NCBI RefSeq assembly: GCF_009914755.1
Contig: NC_060927.1
Origin: the human T2T-CHM13v2.0 reference genome, Homo sapiens
Reading direction: 5' to 3' (one strand)
Length of the DNA: 64,000 nucleotides
In this document: piece after piece, positions 1 to 15,052 of the stretch
Layout: each line of letters starts with the position of its first letter
Position numbering within the stretch: position 1 is the first letter of the stretch
Made by a program: the position numbers and the translations under genes
Notes under the pieces: generated by a model
The model's input: only the letters and a program-made list of their open reading frames with translations
Databases searched by the model: none
What the model was told of the DNA's origin: nothing

Positions 1-380
1 GAGACTCCTGAGTTAGAGTTAAGGGATTTTATTGATTCCAGAACACAAAGCATCTATAGTCATCATGAACATATTTCTATCCATTCTCTTTGTCCCCAAG
101 TCTCACAAGGGCCATGTGAAGCAGCCTGGGTGGATATTGCATTTACAATGGGTTTGCTTCACAGCTGAGGGAAAACACTGACCTAGGGAATCTACTCCTT
201 TCATATCAAGCAGTAAGCAAACATACTCTTTGTCTGGTAATACATCATCTCCCAAGGTTACTGCACACACACCCTACAAAATGGCAGAGGTGAAAAGTGG
301 TCAGGGCCTTGTATTCTTAGCATACTCAGCAAGAAATACAGAAAAACAAGAAGTCCAAAGAGGATTTTTAGTACTCACAC
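1..380. mobile_element. Probable old LTR fragment (ERVL/MER-type), family unresolved
   Basis: GC-richer block with LTR-like wording ending '...gtactcaca' against AT-rich flank; family not confidently recognised. Confidence 0.3.
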
Positions 381-1614
381 ACTGTCCCTCCTCACAAAAA
401 ATAAAAGATACAATTGATGTCTAACTTGTTTACATAGCTGTAGCATAATTTAGAATAAGTTTTATGGTACTGGTGATATATAAATACATATTTTTAAATG
501 ATGTTGTCTATTTTAGTAATGATGGACTACTAGAACAAACTTAAACAGTCAAAATTTCTATTTTATTCATATTCTGGAAATATAAAATTCTATTAGTTTT
601 AGCTATTTAACTATTAAAATGATATAATATGGATTCATGCAATTCAAAGTTTTTCAAATAACGGAAAATATTATCAATATAAAAATAGAGCTAATATATA
701 ATTATTTCTCTCTTAATTTCTTAAAAATAAAACTGTTCCTCGGGTGAATTTAAGGGGAAATAGGTAATAAATTATCATAGTAAAGATATTTGCTTATTTG
801 AATACTAGGGTTTGGATGAAATTGTATGATGATGTATTTGATATATTATTTTACAAATAAAAATGCATTTGTTTTGTACATTTGAAAGAAGTTTTAAAAT
901 TGTATTCTGAGCGATAGGGTGTGTTTTGAAAATAAAATATGATTTTGTAAATTACATTATTTTCAATATCAGGTAAAATATGAGAAAGTAGTTTATAACT
1001 ATATTAAAAAAGCTAAAGTTCAAATTATTTAAATGGTTTGTCTATTATTTAGGGCAGGACACTAGTTTGCAGAGAAAACAACTTTAAAATTGAATCTTTG
1101 GAGGACTCCACAGGATATTAATGTACACTATTTCTTCTTGATCGTTTGAAATTGAAAAGTATATAAAATCAGAATAATTGACAATTTATTGCTGGCCCAA
1201 TACATACTATATAAAATGACATGCTAAAGCCTACAGATTTCTTCCACATTAATGAATAATTGTGTCAATGGTAACTATCACTGTATGTGTTTATTAAGTT
1301 AAATTTATTCACTTTCGGGAGTAAAAAACTTTGATTTCCAATTATTAGTTGAAATATTACTTCGTGTTTTCTCTCCATAGTTCTCCTCTTTCATTAGTTC
1401 ACTTACAAGAGATTACAGCTCGTTGCCTTGTGGATTTTAGCCAGTCATCCTAGAGTCGAGCCTCTATATATCCTTTCTAAAAGCCTGAAAGTATGGAAGA
1501 AATTCTGTTCAGCAAGGATTCAGGAGATATTGAGGAGTGTTTGGAAACTGAAAGGAGTTCGGTTCCGAGGAAATCTGTGAAGGCAATAGCAGTTTTTGGT
1601 CCCTTCCCTATTTC

Positions 1615-1800
1615 TTAATGAGGTCTTTCCTGACCATTTCATTTAAATTACTTAAATTGTTTTCCTCCTCATCCTGATCTCTATTTTCCCATATCACTTA
1701 CTAACTTCTAACATACTGTATAATCTACTTGTTTGCCCTCTTTATAATGTACAGTTTGCCTTCCTTCATTAAAAAGCAAGCTCTGTAAAGGCAAGACTTT
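1615..1800 (+). mobile_element. L2 3' end fragment
   Basis: 'gtctttcctgacca...atcacttactaacttctaacatac...gcaagctctgtaaaggcaagactt' resembles the L2 3' consensus. Confidence 0.65.
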
Positions 1801-1845
1801 TTTTTTTTTTTTTTTCCACAGTTGCTCCTGTTTTGTTTAACTTCA

Positions 1846-2161
<316 letters not shown>

Positions 2162-3074
2162 GTAAAAATTGATTTCAGTTTTTATAATGATGACTAGTAA
2201 AGTAAAATAAAGGGAATGGAAACATCAAAAAATTTGAAATATTCTGATTTGAAGGTGAAAAAGTGAAGGGAAGATAAATATAGCTCGTATACAAAATTTT
2301 AATTCAGTAAATTTTATAGAAGTATATGAACTGTATCCACTTATTTTTATGAATCAATAAATAACTTCAAGTGTTTAATTAATTGGACTAATGGATGACA
2401 TAGATTCAGTGTATGAATATTTTAACCAGTGACATTTACACTGATTAACAAGATAATTAAAGAATGTTAGTAGTCACAGTCCATGAAATGATTAACAATA
2501 CAGTACTTCACTTTTTTTATGTGAAAGGGAAGAGGGTAACAAGCTTACTTATTCAAAAGATCAAAAGAAAAGTCTATTATTCTCAGATATATTTTTAAAA
2601 ATCCCTTTTGTAAGTAGTTTCTTCTTTTTCTATGACTATGTATGAAGGAAATAAGAATTGAATTTCTTAAAAATTCAGTTGGTGCTAGACGAAGGTCTCC
2701 AAAACCTCCAAATGGCCAGTCAAAATTATTCTGTAGCCACAAGGAATTAACACATAAAAATGGAAGTGATTGCTTATTTGTTGAAGCCATTTTCCAGTAA
2801 GTTTTCTTTTTAAAGTACGTCATGAAGCTTAAATAAAGTGATGATAACCTGCTTCTCACTGTTCTACTTCAAATGGGTCTAAAGAGAATGACAAAAACCC
2901 TCAACCTGTCAGTATCTAAAAGTGTATCCTTACATCATCATTTTTCTTGTAGCCCAGTGACAGAGAGCAATATTCGAAATCTCATCTGTTTACTTTCCTT
3001 TCTATATTTTTATTTTGCTAATCTCAGACATTTTAGCTAGTGGAAAAGTACAAGATGATTGAAGCAGCTATGAA

Positions 3075-3165
3075 TTTTGGTTTACTCATTCACTCCATGT
3101 AGTAACTAGGGCAAATTGCCAAACATTTCTGAGGACGAAATTCTTTCATTTATAAAAAGCATGAC
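3075..3165 (+). mobile_element. MIR core fragment
   Basis: 'gtaactagggcaaattgccaaacatttctgagg...tttcatttataaaa' resembles the MIR core. Confidence 0.5.
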
Positions 3166-3312
3166 TATGGAATTAATTTATTTTTTTTAACACTAAAGAA
3201 ATACATTAAAAGTTGCACTTATATATCCTACATAGTCAATAAAAGTTCATTCATGTTTCACTCCAATCCTCAATCCCAATAACTGACAATACTCTTCTGT
3301 TACTATTGATTA

Positions 3313-3730
3313 TGTGGGAACCAAAGAAAAGCATCCTCTCTGCCCTCTCAAAGTTTCTTAAAAACAAACTGACAGTAGATAAAGAGGGGAAAACGCATAC
3401 AGATTGATTTAATGTGCAAAAGAATGGGGTAACTGCATAAGGATGATTATCCAATAACCCAATGAGGTACGAAGCTTATATACCCTTCTTCATAAGGGAG
3501 GAGGGAGATGGGGAATGTAAGTAATTATTTTGAAAAATAGTGATTATTCTGAAGAAGAAATGGGCCCAGAGACAGAAATTAACTTTTGAATGATTCCCTT
3601 TGGAATTTGAATGAATCCAAGGGGCAGATATTATCTTGTGAAAATGTCTGCCCAGGGGTAGTTCCATTCCTTAGTCTTCTTTTTCTAGATATAGATAGAT
3701 TGATAGACAGACAGACAGACAGACACACAC

Positions 3731-3766
<36 letters not shown>

Positions 3767-3962
3767 GATAGATAGATAGATAGATAAGATTTTAGGGAGT
3801 GTATGGAAGGCAATTGTATTCTGTTTGGCAGGCACTAGTCTTAAGGTAGATAACATAATAGAGTAGAGCCTTGCTCAGCATCAGATAACATTCAAGGATA
3901 TTTAATTTAAAAATAGCATACCAGGGTGCCATATTTTGGGGAAAGTTTCCTAATATCCTTCA
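3313..3962 (-). mobile_element. ERV1 solo LTR (MER34/MER39-like)
   Basis: TG...CA termini; minus strand starts 'tgaaggatattaggaaactttccccaaaatatggcacc', similar to the MER34-group start. Confidence 0.6.
3686..3790. repeat. Compound (GATA)n/(GACA)n tetranucleotide STR
   Basis: Direct reading of the sequence. Confidence 0.97.
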
Positions 3963-4195
3963 CTTTGTTTTTTTCTACTGGATCCATAAACTTAATTAAT
4001 GTAACTTAATTTTTTTATGATTTATTCTGCTCTAGGGGATGTTTTTGTTTAATATGTTTGAAGAAATATATTAAAACAAACAAACAAAAATGTCCATTCA
4101 TGGAATGGAGATATTAGCAGATGCTTTGGAGATGGGGCAAAAGTACTTCAACTACTCACACATGTAGAAAACTATCTTGCTCTGCCTATAAGTAA

Positions 4196-4598
<403 letters not shown>

Positions 4599-4659
4599 TC
4601 ATAAATCATTATTAAAGGGATTTAGATTTAATGATGAGATAAGAGTATTTGGCAGAATG

Positions 4660-4790
4660 AAGCATTCGTTAAATAAATGTTAACTGAGCATCCACTTTAT
4701 GCATGACATACTTCGAGAGACTAAAGGTACAATGATGAAAAAAGACAGACACATTTTCCTTAGGAAACGTCTCTAACATGGAAAAAATTG
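4660..4790 (-). mobile_element. L2 3' end fragment
   Basis: 'cattcgttaaataaatgttaactgagcatccactttatgc...aaagacagac' is antisense to the L2 tail. Confidence 0.6.
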
Positions 4791-6793
4791 AAAGAATATT
4801 GGACATAGGTAACAATAGCTAGACCTACATTTTAGAATTACATCAATGTATCATTGTAAACTTCAGAACCCTGATTACTAAATGACAAGGTGGAAACAGA
4901 TAACTTTTAGTTTATTTCAACCATAGGAAGGTATGTACAGGCTATTTATGCCACATACCAACAAAACTAGTTAGAAAAGTTCAGCTAAAATTTCTAGCCA
5001 ATTGCTGAAGACAGTATTTATTTGGATTAGTATGAGAGTGGAACATTTTACTAGCTGCATACCAAAGGGGTGTCCATACACCTACTCAGGCTTTTCTCTA
5101 AAAATATCTCTAGGAGCACGCCAGAAAGATGAGGGTCAATGCCAGAGATGAGCAAAATCTACCCTTGTGGTTCAAGCCTCAGGGAGAACAACAGCAACGG
5201 CTGTGGAGATAGCATGAAGCCTCACACAGGCCCCTTTTCCTCTACCTCCCATATGACAAAAAAGGCCTTAAGCCACAGTGGGAAGGGTGTCAAACCTCCT
5301 CACCCAGAGAACACAGGTATAGACCTGTTGCAATCAGGAGAAAGCCTTAGATAATTAAGAACCATCTACTGATGGGAGGAGGTGCAAGAAGATGAATGAG
5401 CAAGTCTTATCCACAAGACAAAACATGCTGAGCAATAACAACAAAACAGCATGTCCAAGAAAAGGTTAGCACGACTTAAGAAAAATGAAACAAACGAAAA
5501 CTGCAATTGACTGCTGGAGGAGGGGAGGGGAGAAAGCAGAGACAATTTTGTAATCATCGGTGTAAAGAGAATACTAAACTGAGCATGGAGAAAACGTTGA
5601 GGAAAACCCAATAGAAAATCTGCTGTAATCTAACTACCAGGTAACAGTAGAGAAATTTAAAGCCCGTTGTTCCCTAAGAGTAACTGCAGCAACAAAAAAT
5701 CTGAAACCTAGATCAGGTTTCCTTGAATAAACATCCCACACTAGAAAAAAAAAAATGAATGTCTATTTTCAGGAATAAAAAATATATACTATAATTTCTA
5801 CTGTCAAACAAAAGAAATCTGACAGTCAGCCAATAATAATTAAACTGTGGAGGATCGAGCATTAAAACGCACTCTGTCAAGAAATAGAGCAATCAAAAGA
5901 ATCAGATTCAGAAATGATCCAGGTGTTGGAATTATTAAACCGGGGATTCAATATAGATATAATTTTTGTGTTAAATGTTACAGTGAAGATGAACAACATG
6001 CATAAAGAAATGACTACTATCAGCTGAGACTCGAGGATAATAAGAAGGACATGAATATGATATAAATGTAAACACAGTAAAAAGGATAAAAAATGCCTTT
6101 GAGTTGACTCTCAAATCAACACAATTGAGGAAACAGGGACACTGACGGATAGACCAATGGAAAGTACTCAACTGAAGCAAAATGAAATTAAAAGTGAGAA
6201 AAAAAACAAAGCCATGGAAAATGCATTTTAAATGGTGTAACTAAATTTGAAACTTGAGAAGAGAAAAAGAATAAATATGAAGATATAATGTTTGGGATTT
6301 ATAAAAATTATTAAAAGCCATCCAAACAAAGATCCAACAAGCTCAGATAACATTAGAAAGGATAAAACAAATGAAGAAACAAACACCCTTAGCTCATAAT
6401 ATTCAAAGAGCTAAAAATTAATGAGAAGTTGAAAATCTTAAAGAATCAAGAGAAACAAATTCATTACATACAGAGGATCAAAATGAGAAGTACCAATTTA
6501 TCATCAGAAACTGTATGATCCACAAGGCAAGACTGATATTCTTGAAGATATTCAACAGAAAAAAAATGATTAACGAAGAATCCCGTACTCATTTTCAAAA
6601 GTGAAGGGTAAGTCATGATTTTCTCAGAAATACAAAAGCTGTGAGAAGATAGCAGACTTCTTACAAGATATATTAAAACAACTGCTTCAGGCAAAAGGAA
6701 TATGATACAGAAAAAAAACTTGGATTTATATGAAGAAACTAAGAGCTCTAAAACTGTCATCAATTAAGGTAAATGCGAAGTATTTTTTTAAAG

Positions 6794-6988
6794 ATTTATT
6801 TATTTATTTATTTATTTATTTATTTTAGAGACAGGGTCTTGCTATATTTGTTGCAAAGCCTACAGTGTAGTGACTATTTACAGGTGGGATCATGGTATGC
6901 TACAGCACTGAACTCTTAGTCCCAGGCTATTCTCCCGCTTCAGCCTCCCCAGTAACTGAAACTGCAGGTGTGTGCCACCAAGCCTGTC
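6794..6988 (-). mobile_element. FAM (fossil Alu monomer) with (TTTA)n tail
   Basis: Single monomer carrying the FAM-specific 'gtgactatttacaggtgggatcatggtatgctacagc' segment. Confidence 0.8.
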
Positions 6989-9374
6989 TTTATATTAAAT
7001 TAAAAAAAAGATTAAAGGAGAAATAATAGCAATTAAGTTTGTGTTTATAACTTTGTAAAAGTAAAGTCATAACAAAAGTTGCACAAAAGATGGTGGGGCA
7101 ATTGAGAATACACAATTTTCAGATCCTTAAACTAAATACAATGCCAGATACCAACAAAACCAGTTAGAAGAATTCAGCTAAAATTTCTTGCTTAACTAGA
7201 ATACAAATTAGATCCTTAAACTAAATACAAAATGAGACAATATTTTAAATAAGATTGCCATTAGTTAAAAATATATATTATATATTTAATATTTTAAGAA
7301 GTATAAAAATCAACCAAAAATAAATATAAAATGGACTGAGGAAAAAATCTATTACTCCCAAAATGGCTGAAAAAGAGGGAAAAAAGAAACAAAAAAACAA
7401 TTGGGATAAATAAAGAAATAACTACATAGATAGCAGATTCTAATACAATGTAACTGTAGTTACAGCCTAAGTATACCAAATAAAGAACACAGGGTATAAG
7501 AATATATCAAATAAGCAAAATCAAACAATTATGTATTTACAAAAATGAACTTTAAATAGAACAACATAGATAAGTTAAAAGTAAAAGGCTGCAGGTGAAT
7601 AAAACATGCAAGCATGAATCAAGAGAAACTTGGAGTGGTTATATTAGTATTAGACAAAGGATATTTAGAAGTAATAATGCCAGAGATAAAGTAAGATATT
7701 ACGTAGAGATAAAGGATACAATTCACAAAAAAATAACAAATTTAAATGTATACACACCTAACGAATGAGTTTTAAAATTAAGCATAAATTATATTAATCA
7801 TAAATTATAATATTAAGCATAAATTATACAATTACATTAACAAATACACAAAAACACAATTACAGTTGTATGCTGCAATAACCCACTGGTTAAATAGGTA
7901 GTCACAGAAAAATTAGAGAATATTTGGATGCAGTGAAAATAAGAACACAATTTGTAAGGAACAGCTAAAGAGGTGCTCACATTGCAATTTATAGCAATGC
8001 AGGAAAAGAAGACAAGAAGAAAGTCTCAAATCAGTTATCTAATTTTATACATTAGCATAGTAAAAAACAAAACATAAATTAAACAAAAAGCAGGAGAATA
8101 AAAAAATAAAGATAAGAGCAGCAAGCAATAAAATGAAGAATGGAAAAATAATCATGAAAAAATGGAACCAAAAATTAGTTCTTTGAAAAGATCAATAAAT
8201 GTAATAAAGCACTAGCCAGATTGACCAAGGTTTGTTGAGGGGAGAGGCAGTGGGAAGAGAGAAGATACAATATACAAGTATCAGAAATCAAATTTGGTAC
8301 AAATATTTTGAAAGTTACTAAAAGATCACTACTCTACAAACAGCTTTATAGCAATGCACTACACACTTGACCACCTAGATAAAATGGTGGCATTGTTGAA
8401 AGACAAAAACTTCCAAAATACATCAAGAAAAAACAGAAAACATAAATACTTCATACATGTTTCAGACATTAAATAAAATTTGTAGTTAAAACATTTAAAT
8501 AAGGACAATTTGAAACTACATTGTGTTTACTTACAAACACTACCAAACATTTAATGAAAAAGTTACACTGATCGTACACAAACTCTTCCATAATATATAA
8601 GTGACAAAACTTCCAAACTCATTTTATGGAACAAAGCAATTAATCTGACTTGACAACAAAGTAAAGACAATTCAAGAAACTACAATTACAAACCAATGTA
8701 CCCCATGAGCGTAAATTCTCAAACATACAACATATACTAGATTTTGAATATAATCATGTGTCCAAAATAAAATGCAAATGGAAATTATTCATCCAAAATA
8801 TAATGCAAATGGAAATTATCCTAGGAATATCATTATCTTAGGAATGGTTCAGCATTCAAATTCAATCAATGCAATTCACAACATCAACAAATTAAAGATG
8901 AAGACTCATTATCATCTCAACAGAAGCAGCAAAACATTTTATAAAATTCAATAGTTATTTATAATAACTACATTCAAAATACTAGGACAATAGGGGAACT
9001 TCCTTTACCAGATAAAGGTGTATACAAAATCCTATATTTAGCCATGCTGAAAGTCTAAATATTCACCCTCTACTATCAGAAACAATGAAGCATAGCCTTT
9101 CTCACCACTCTTATTCTACATTGTGCCAAAAGTCAAGCTACTACAAAATGAGAAAAAAAAAAGAAGTAAACTATAACTATTTGCAGACAATGTGATTGCT
9201 ACACAGAGAATTCTAAATAACCAAAGATATTAGAACTCATAAATGACTTAACAAGGTAAAAACGTACAAGGTCAATATCTGAAAGTTCATCACATTTCTA
9301 AATATCATCTGTGACCAATTGGAAATAAAATTTACCAAAAAGGAACATCTATAGTTGCATCAAAATTAATAATA

Positions 9375-9527
9375 GTAGGAGGGTGAGGATCTAAAATCTA
9401 CCTATCAAATACTATGGTTATTACCTGGGTGGCAAAATAATCTGTACACCAAACCCCATAACACAATTTACCTACATAACAAACATGCACATATACCCTT
9501 GCATTTAAAAGAAAGTTGAAAAAAAAA
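9375..9527 (+). mobile_element. L1PA15/16-like 3' UTR stub
   Basis: 'ttacctgggtggcaaaataatctgtacaccaaacccc...aaacatgcacatatacc' plus A tail. Confidence 0.8.
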
Positions 9528-9620
9528 GTCCATTAAATATGTCCATTAAAAAAATCACAGGAAAAAAAATGAAGCAGTTGCATTTTTCTAGCTTCCAATA
9601 TAGCTGCACTGTTTATACCT

Positions 9621-9845
9621 CATGTTAGTCTGTTCTGTGTTACTATAAAGGAATTCCTGAGACTGAGTACTTTATAAAGAAAAGAGGTTTATATGACTCA
9701 TGGTCCTGCAGGTTTCTCAAGCATGGCACTTATACCTGCATGGCTTCTGATGAGGTCTCAGGAAGCTTTCACTCATGGCAGAAGGCAAAGGGACAGCAGG
9801 AATATTACATATTGAGAGACTCAAGCAATCTGCCAGGGTCTTTTA
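9621..9845 (-). mobile_element. MaLR LTR fragment (MSTB-like)
   Basis: 'ttagtctgttctgtgttactataaaggaattcctgagactgag...ctcaggaagctttcactcatggcagaaggcaaagg'. Confidence 0.8.
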
Positions 9846-9877
9846 TTTATTTTTTTAATTTTCAATTTTTAAATTGT

Positions 9878-10176
<299 letters not shown>

Positions 10177-12489
10177 TATAAATAACAATAATAATAATAA
10201 AATATATGCAGATTATGTAAACTAAGATTTTAAAACACTGATGAAAAAGTCCAAGATCTAAATAAATGAAGAGTGATACCAAATTCATGGTTTGAGAAAC
10301 TCAAAATGTCAACTTTCTTCGAAAGACTTACAGATTCAATGCAATTTCAACCAAAATTCTAGCAGTCGTTTTATAGAAATTGAAAAGCTGACACTAAAAT
10401 TTACATTGATAGACAAAGAAAACATAATAACAAAAGGTTATTGGAAAAGAGCAAAGTTATTTGACTCAGATGACTCAATTCAAAGATTTGTTCTAAAACT
10501 AGTTATGAAACTACGGCATTAAAGAAACGTAATTAAGAGTACAGCATTAAACTGACAAGTGTATGATTTTTCAACAAGTTGAAATTGATTTTCAACAAAT
10601 ATTCAAATGTAATTCAATGAAGAAAAGATAGTCTTTTCCACAAATTGTAATAAATCAGTTTAATATACAAAAGTAATATCATTTTGTACATGTCATCATT
10701 TACAAAAATTAACTGAATGTGTATTACCAACCTAAATGTAAAATATGATACTATAAAATTTTTAGAAAGCAAAAAAAAGAAGAAAACTTATTTTTTCCAT
10801 GGGTGAGGCAAAAATTCCTCAGGTATAACCAAAAGCACATTCCATAAAATTAGAAAATGACAAATTGGAATTTATCAGATTTAAGGGCTTCTGTTAGTTA
10901 AACGTACTATTAATACAAGTGAGAAAATGAGAAAAATAATTACAAATTAAAAATCTCATCCAGAACTTTTATCCTGAACATAAAAAAAACATGACCGAAA
11001 GGTAATAGCAATCCCATTAAAAGATGGCAGAATTATTTCATCAGACACTATAGCATACAAGACTTATGAATTCAAATTAAAACCACTAGGAGTTACCACT
11101 AAAGACCTCATTAAAATAGTAATACAAAAAAACAGGATAAAAGTACTGACAATACCAAGTACTGCTTATTATAAAGAGTAATTATGTATCATAAAGGTAG
11201 AGCAACATTTTAAAACAGTTTGGAAGTTTCTTAAAGATAAACATTCATATACCATTTAGCAATTTTATTTTTAGCAAAGTATGCAAATGATATGACAACA
11301 AAAAAATAACTATGCAAGTGTTTGTAATGGCTTTATTTACAGTTTACAAAACTATAAACTACTCAAATGTCTTTTAGTTGACAAATGGATAAGCAAATAA
11401 TTGTATTTATATAATGGAATGAAAACGAATAAACTACTAATGAATGCAATAACATCGGTTAGTATCAAATGCCTTATGTTAAATGAAAGCAGCCATATTT
11501 GAAAGGCTACATATAGTATGATTTCATTTCTATAACATTCTAGAAAAGGTAATAAAATAAGGTCGCAAAACATCTGTAGTTACCAGGAGATGGAGTGTCT
11601 ATAAAGATGCACAGGGATTTATTGGGAATGATAACAAAGTTTGATTTTGGTGGTCATGCTCACGCCCTTCTCAATTTTATACTTAGTATAATGAAATATA
11701 AATCACCAGCAGAATTTTTTATTTTGGTTTTGGTTTTTCTTTTTCATCCCTCTCTCTCTCTTTCTCTCTCTCACTATTGTTTTAGTTTTATAAGCACGTT
11801 AAAGCAAATTCATTTTTCAGTAAGGTAAAATAAATTTTTTTTACTTAGAAAATTTGGAAGTCAGTTTTTCATTTTTCACATTAAAATATATGTTTTAGTT
11901 TATAGTTTTGTGATAAGTATTTTATGTAAATAAAGTACTGTGCTTAGATCATACAGAATTAGTGGTAAATTTCCTTGAAATATTATAAGTGACAAAAGAA
12001 GAGCCAGTGGTAAATGACAGATAAAGGCATATAACATTTTTATAACAAATTTAGTAGATAATGTATAATCTATAATTATTTTATTCTTAGTGCACCACTA
12101 GATTCCTTAAAGTTATAATTTAGAAATCCAATATATTACTTCTTGGAGTTTATTATAGATACTTTCTGTTACCTAAGCTACCTCTAAAGGATTATTTAAA
12201 TTCTCATAGTTAACAGTAGTTGAATAATGTCATGAAGAGTTATAGAGAATATGAATGGGATTGAAAGATTAAATATTACATAACTGTTTCAATGTTTTCA
12301 TAGATATTCTTTTATAAAAAGCATAAATAATGAAAAAATAATAGACAAGTTGTCTTTTTGTAATACATTTGTGAATATAGTTCCATCACAGTTTGTATTC
12401 TATTTTTAGACTCATATAACACTTTTCTTTAATGTTTAAAACTAATGCAAAATTTTTGCCCTCCTTTATGGTTTAAATGTTTATAGATT

Positions 12490-12575
12490 TTTAATTTTTT
12501 TAACTTTTAATTTTTTGTGGATACATAGTAGGTGTATTTATGTGGTACATGAGATGTTTTAACACAGGCATGCAG
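12490..12575 (-). mobile_element. L1MA1-3-like 3' terminal stub
   Basis: 'tttttgtggatacatagtaggtgtatttatgtggtacatgagatgttttaacacaggcatgca'. Confidence 0.75.
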
Positions 12576-12633
12576 ATATATACACCATTTTATAGAATTT
12601 CCATACTGTTTTCTGAAACATTGTTTTAAAGTA

Positions 12634-15052
12634 CAGATGTGTCTTGTTTTATTGTGCTTTGCTTTATTGCTTTTCACTGCTATTGCACTTTATATAAAAT
12701 GGAGGTTTGTAATAACCTTGTGTCAACCAATTCTATTGGTGCTAGTTTTCCAACAGCGTGTGCTCACTTTGTGTCTCTGTCATGTTTTGGTGGTTTTTGC
12801 AATATTTCAAATGTTTAAGTTATTATTATATCTGTTATTATGATCTGTGATCAGTAATTTGTGACATTACTATTATAATTGTTTTGGGGCTGCAAGAACT
12901 GTGCTCATATAAGAGGGAAAACTTAATACAGATGTTGTATGTGCTCTGATTGCTCTACCAACAAGCATTTCTCAGCCTCTCATGCTCTTCTTGGGCCTCT
13001 GTATTCCCTGAGACACAACAATGTTAAAATTAGGCCAATTAATAAACCCACAATGCCCTCTAAGTGTCCAAGTGAAAAGAAGACTTGTATGTCTTTCACT
13101 TTAATTCAAAAGTTGGAAATATTAAGCTTAATGAGGAAGACATGTTGAAAGCTGAGATAGCCAAAAGGTAAGCCTGTTACACCAAACAATTAGCCAACTG
13201 TGAATACAAAGGAAAAGTTCTTGGAGGAAATTAAAAGTGCTACTCTGATGAACACCCAAATGAAAAGGAAGCAAAACACTGAAATTGCTGATATGGAGAA
13301 AATTTGAGTGTTCTGGATAAAAGATCAAACTAGCCATGACATTCCCTTCGGCCAAAGATGAATCCAGAGCAAGGTTCTAACTCTCATCACTTCTATGAAG
13401 GCAGAGAAAGGTGAGGAAGCTGCAGAAGAAACGTTTGGATCTAACAAAGGTTGGTTCATGAGGCTGAAGGAAAGCAGCTACCTACCTACGTTACATAAAA
13501 GTACAAGATGAAGCAGCAGGTACTGAAGGAGAAGCTGTAACAAGTTATGCAGAAGATCTAGCTAAGATAATGGACAAAGGCAGCTACTACACTAAAAAAA
13601 TCTCAGATTTTCCATGTAGATTAAACTGCTTTATATTAGAAGATGCCATTTAGAACTTTCAGAACTCTAGAGATGAAATCAATGCCTGTTTCAAAGCATC
13701 AAAGTTCAGGGTGACTCTTTTTAGGGTCTAATGGACCTGGTGACTCTGACTTGAAGCCAAAGCTCATTTAGTATTTAAAAAATTCTAGCATGCTTAAGAA
13801 TTATGCTAATTATTTTATTCATTTTGTATTTGGTATGGTGACCCAAGAGTATAAAAGTGTCTTTTCTGTCTGTACTCTATAAATGGAAGAACAAAGCCTG
13901 GATGACAGCACCTCTGTTTACAGCATTGTTTACCGAATATTTTAAGCCCACTATTGAGACCTACTACTCAGACAAAAATATTTCCCTCAAAATACTACCA
14001 TTCATTGGAAATGCACCTGGTGACTGAAGAATATTGATGAAGATGTACAAGGTAATTAATTTGTTTTCATGCCTGATAACACAGCATCTCTTCTGTCCAT
14101 GGATCAGGGAGTCTTGTTGACTTTTAAGTCTTATTTTTTAAGAAATACATTTTGTAAGGCTATAGCTGCCATAGATAGTAGTAATCCCACTGATGGATCT
14201 GAGTAAAGTAAATAGAAAACCTGGAAGGATTTATCGTTCTAGATGCCATTACAAAAACTGTGATTCCTGTCAGATAACATCAACATAACAAGAGTTTGAA
14301 AGAAATTAATATTAGCCCTCCTGGATGACTGAATGGTTCAAGAATTCAATGGAGGAAGTAATTGTAGGCATGGTAAAAATAGCAAGGAAACTCCAATTAG
14401 AAGTGGAGCCTGAAGATGTGACCGAATTGCTGCAATATCATGATCAAACAGATAAAGAGTGGTTTCTCATAGTTAAAGAAATATAACAAATAGAGCAGTT
14501 TCTTGAAATGGAATCTATTCCTTGTGAAGAGGCTGCATACCTTGTGGAAATGATTTAGAATATTACATAAACTTAGTTAATGAAGAAGTGCCAGGGTTTC
14601 AGAGGGTTGACTACAATTTAGAATGAGGTTCTGCTGTGAGTAAAATGCTATCAAAGAGCATTACATATTACAGAAAACCTTTTGTGAAAAAGTTACTCAA
14701 TGGAGCAAACATCACTATTGTCTTATTTTAAGAAACTGCCACAGCCACCACAGCCTTCAGTAACCACTACCCTAATCAGTCAAAAAACCAGCCATCAACA
14801 TTAAGGCAAGATACCCCCACCAGAATAAATACTGTGTTTTACTGAAGGCCCAGATGATCATTAGCATTTTTTAGCAACAAAGTATTATTTAATTAAGGTA
14901 TGCACTTTTATTAGACATAGTGCTACTGTATACTTAATGGATTACAGTACAGTATAAACGTAACTTTTATATGTACTGGGAAAACAAATAATTTTTGTAA
15001 CTTGCTTTATAATCTTGGCTTTCTTTGGTGATCTGGAACTGAGGTGTGCCTG
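12634..15052 (+). mobile_element. Full-length Tigger1 DNA transposon (TcMar-Tigger), inactivated transposase
   Basis: ~2.42 kb; TA flanks at 12632-33 and 15053-54; ends 'cagatgtgtcttgttttattg' and 'gaggtgtgcctg'; internal matches such as 'aaagtgctactctgatgaacac' and 'gaagtggagcctgaagatgtgac'. Confidence 0.95.
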
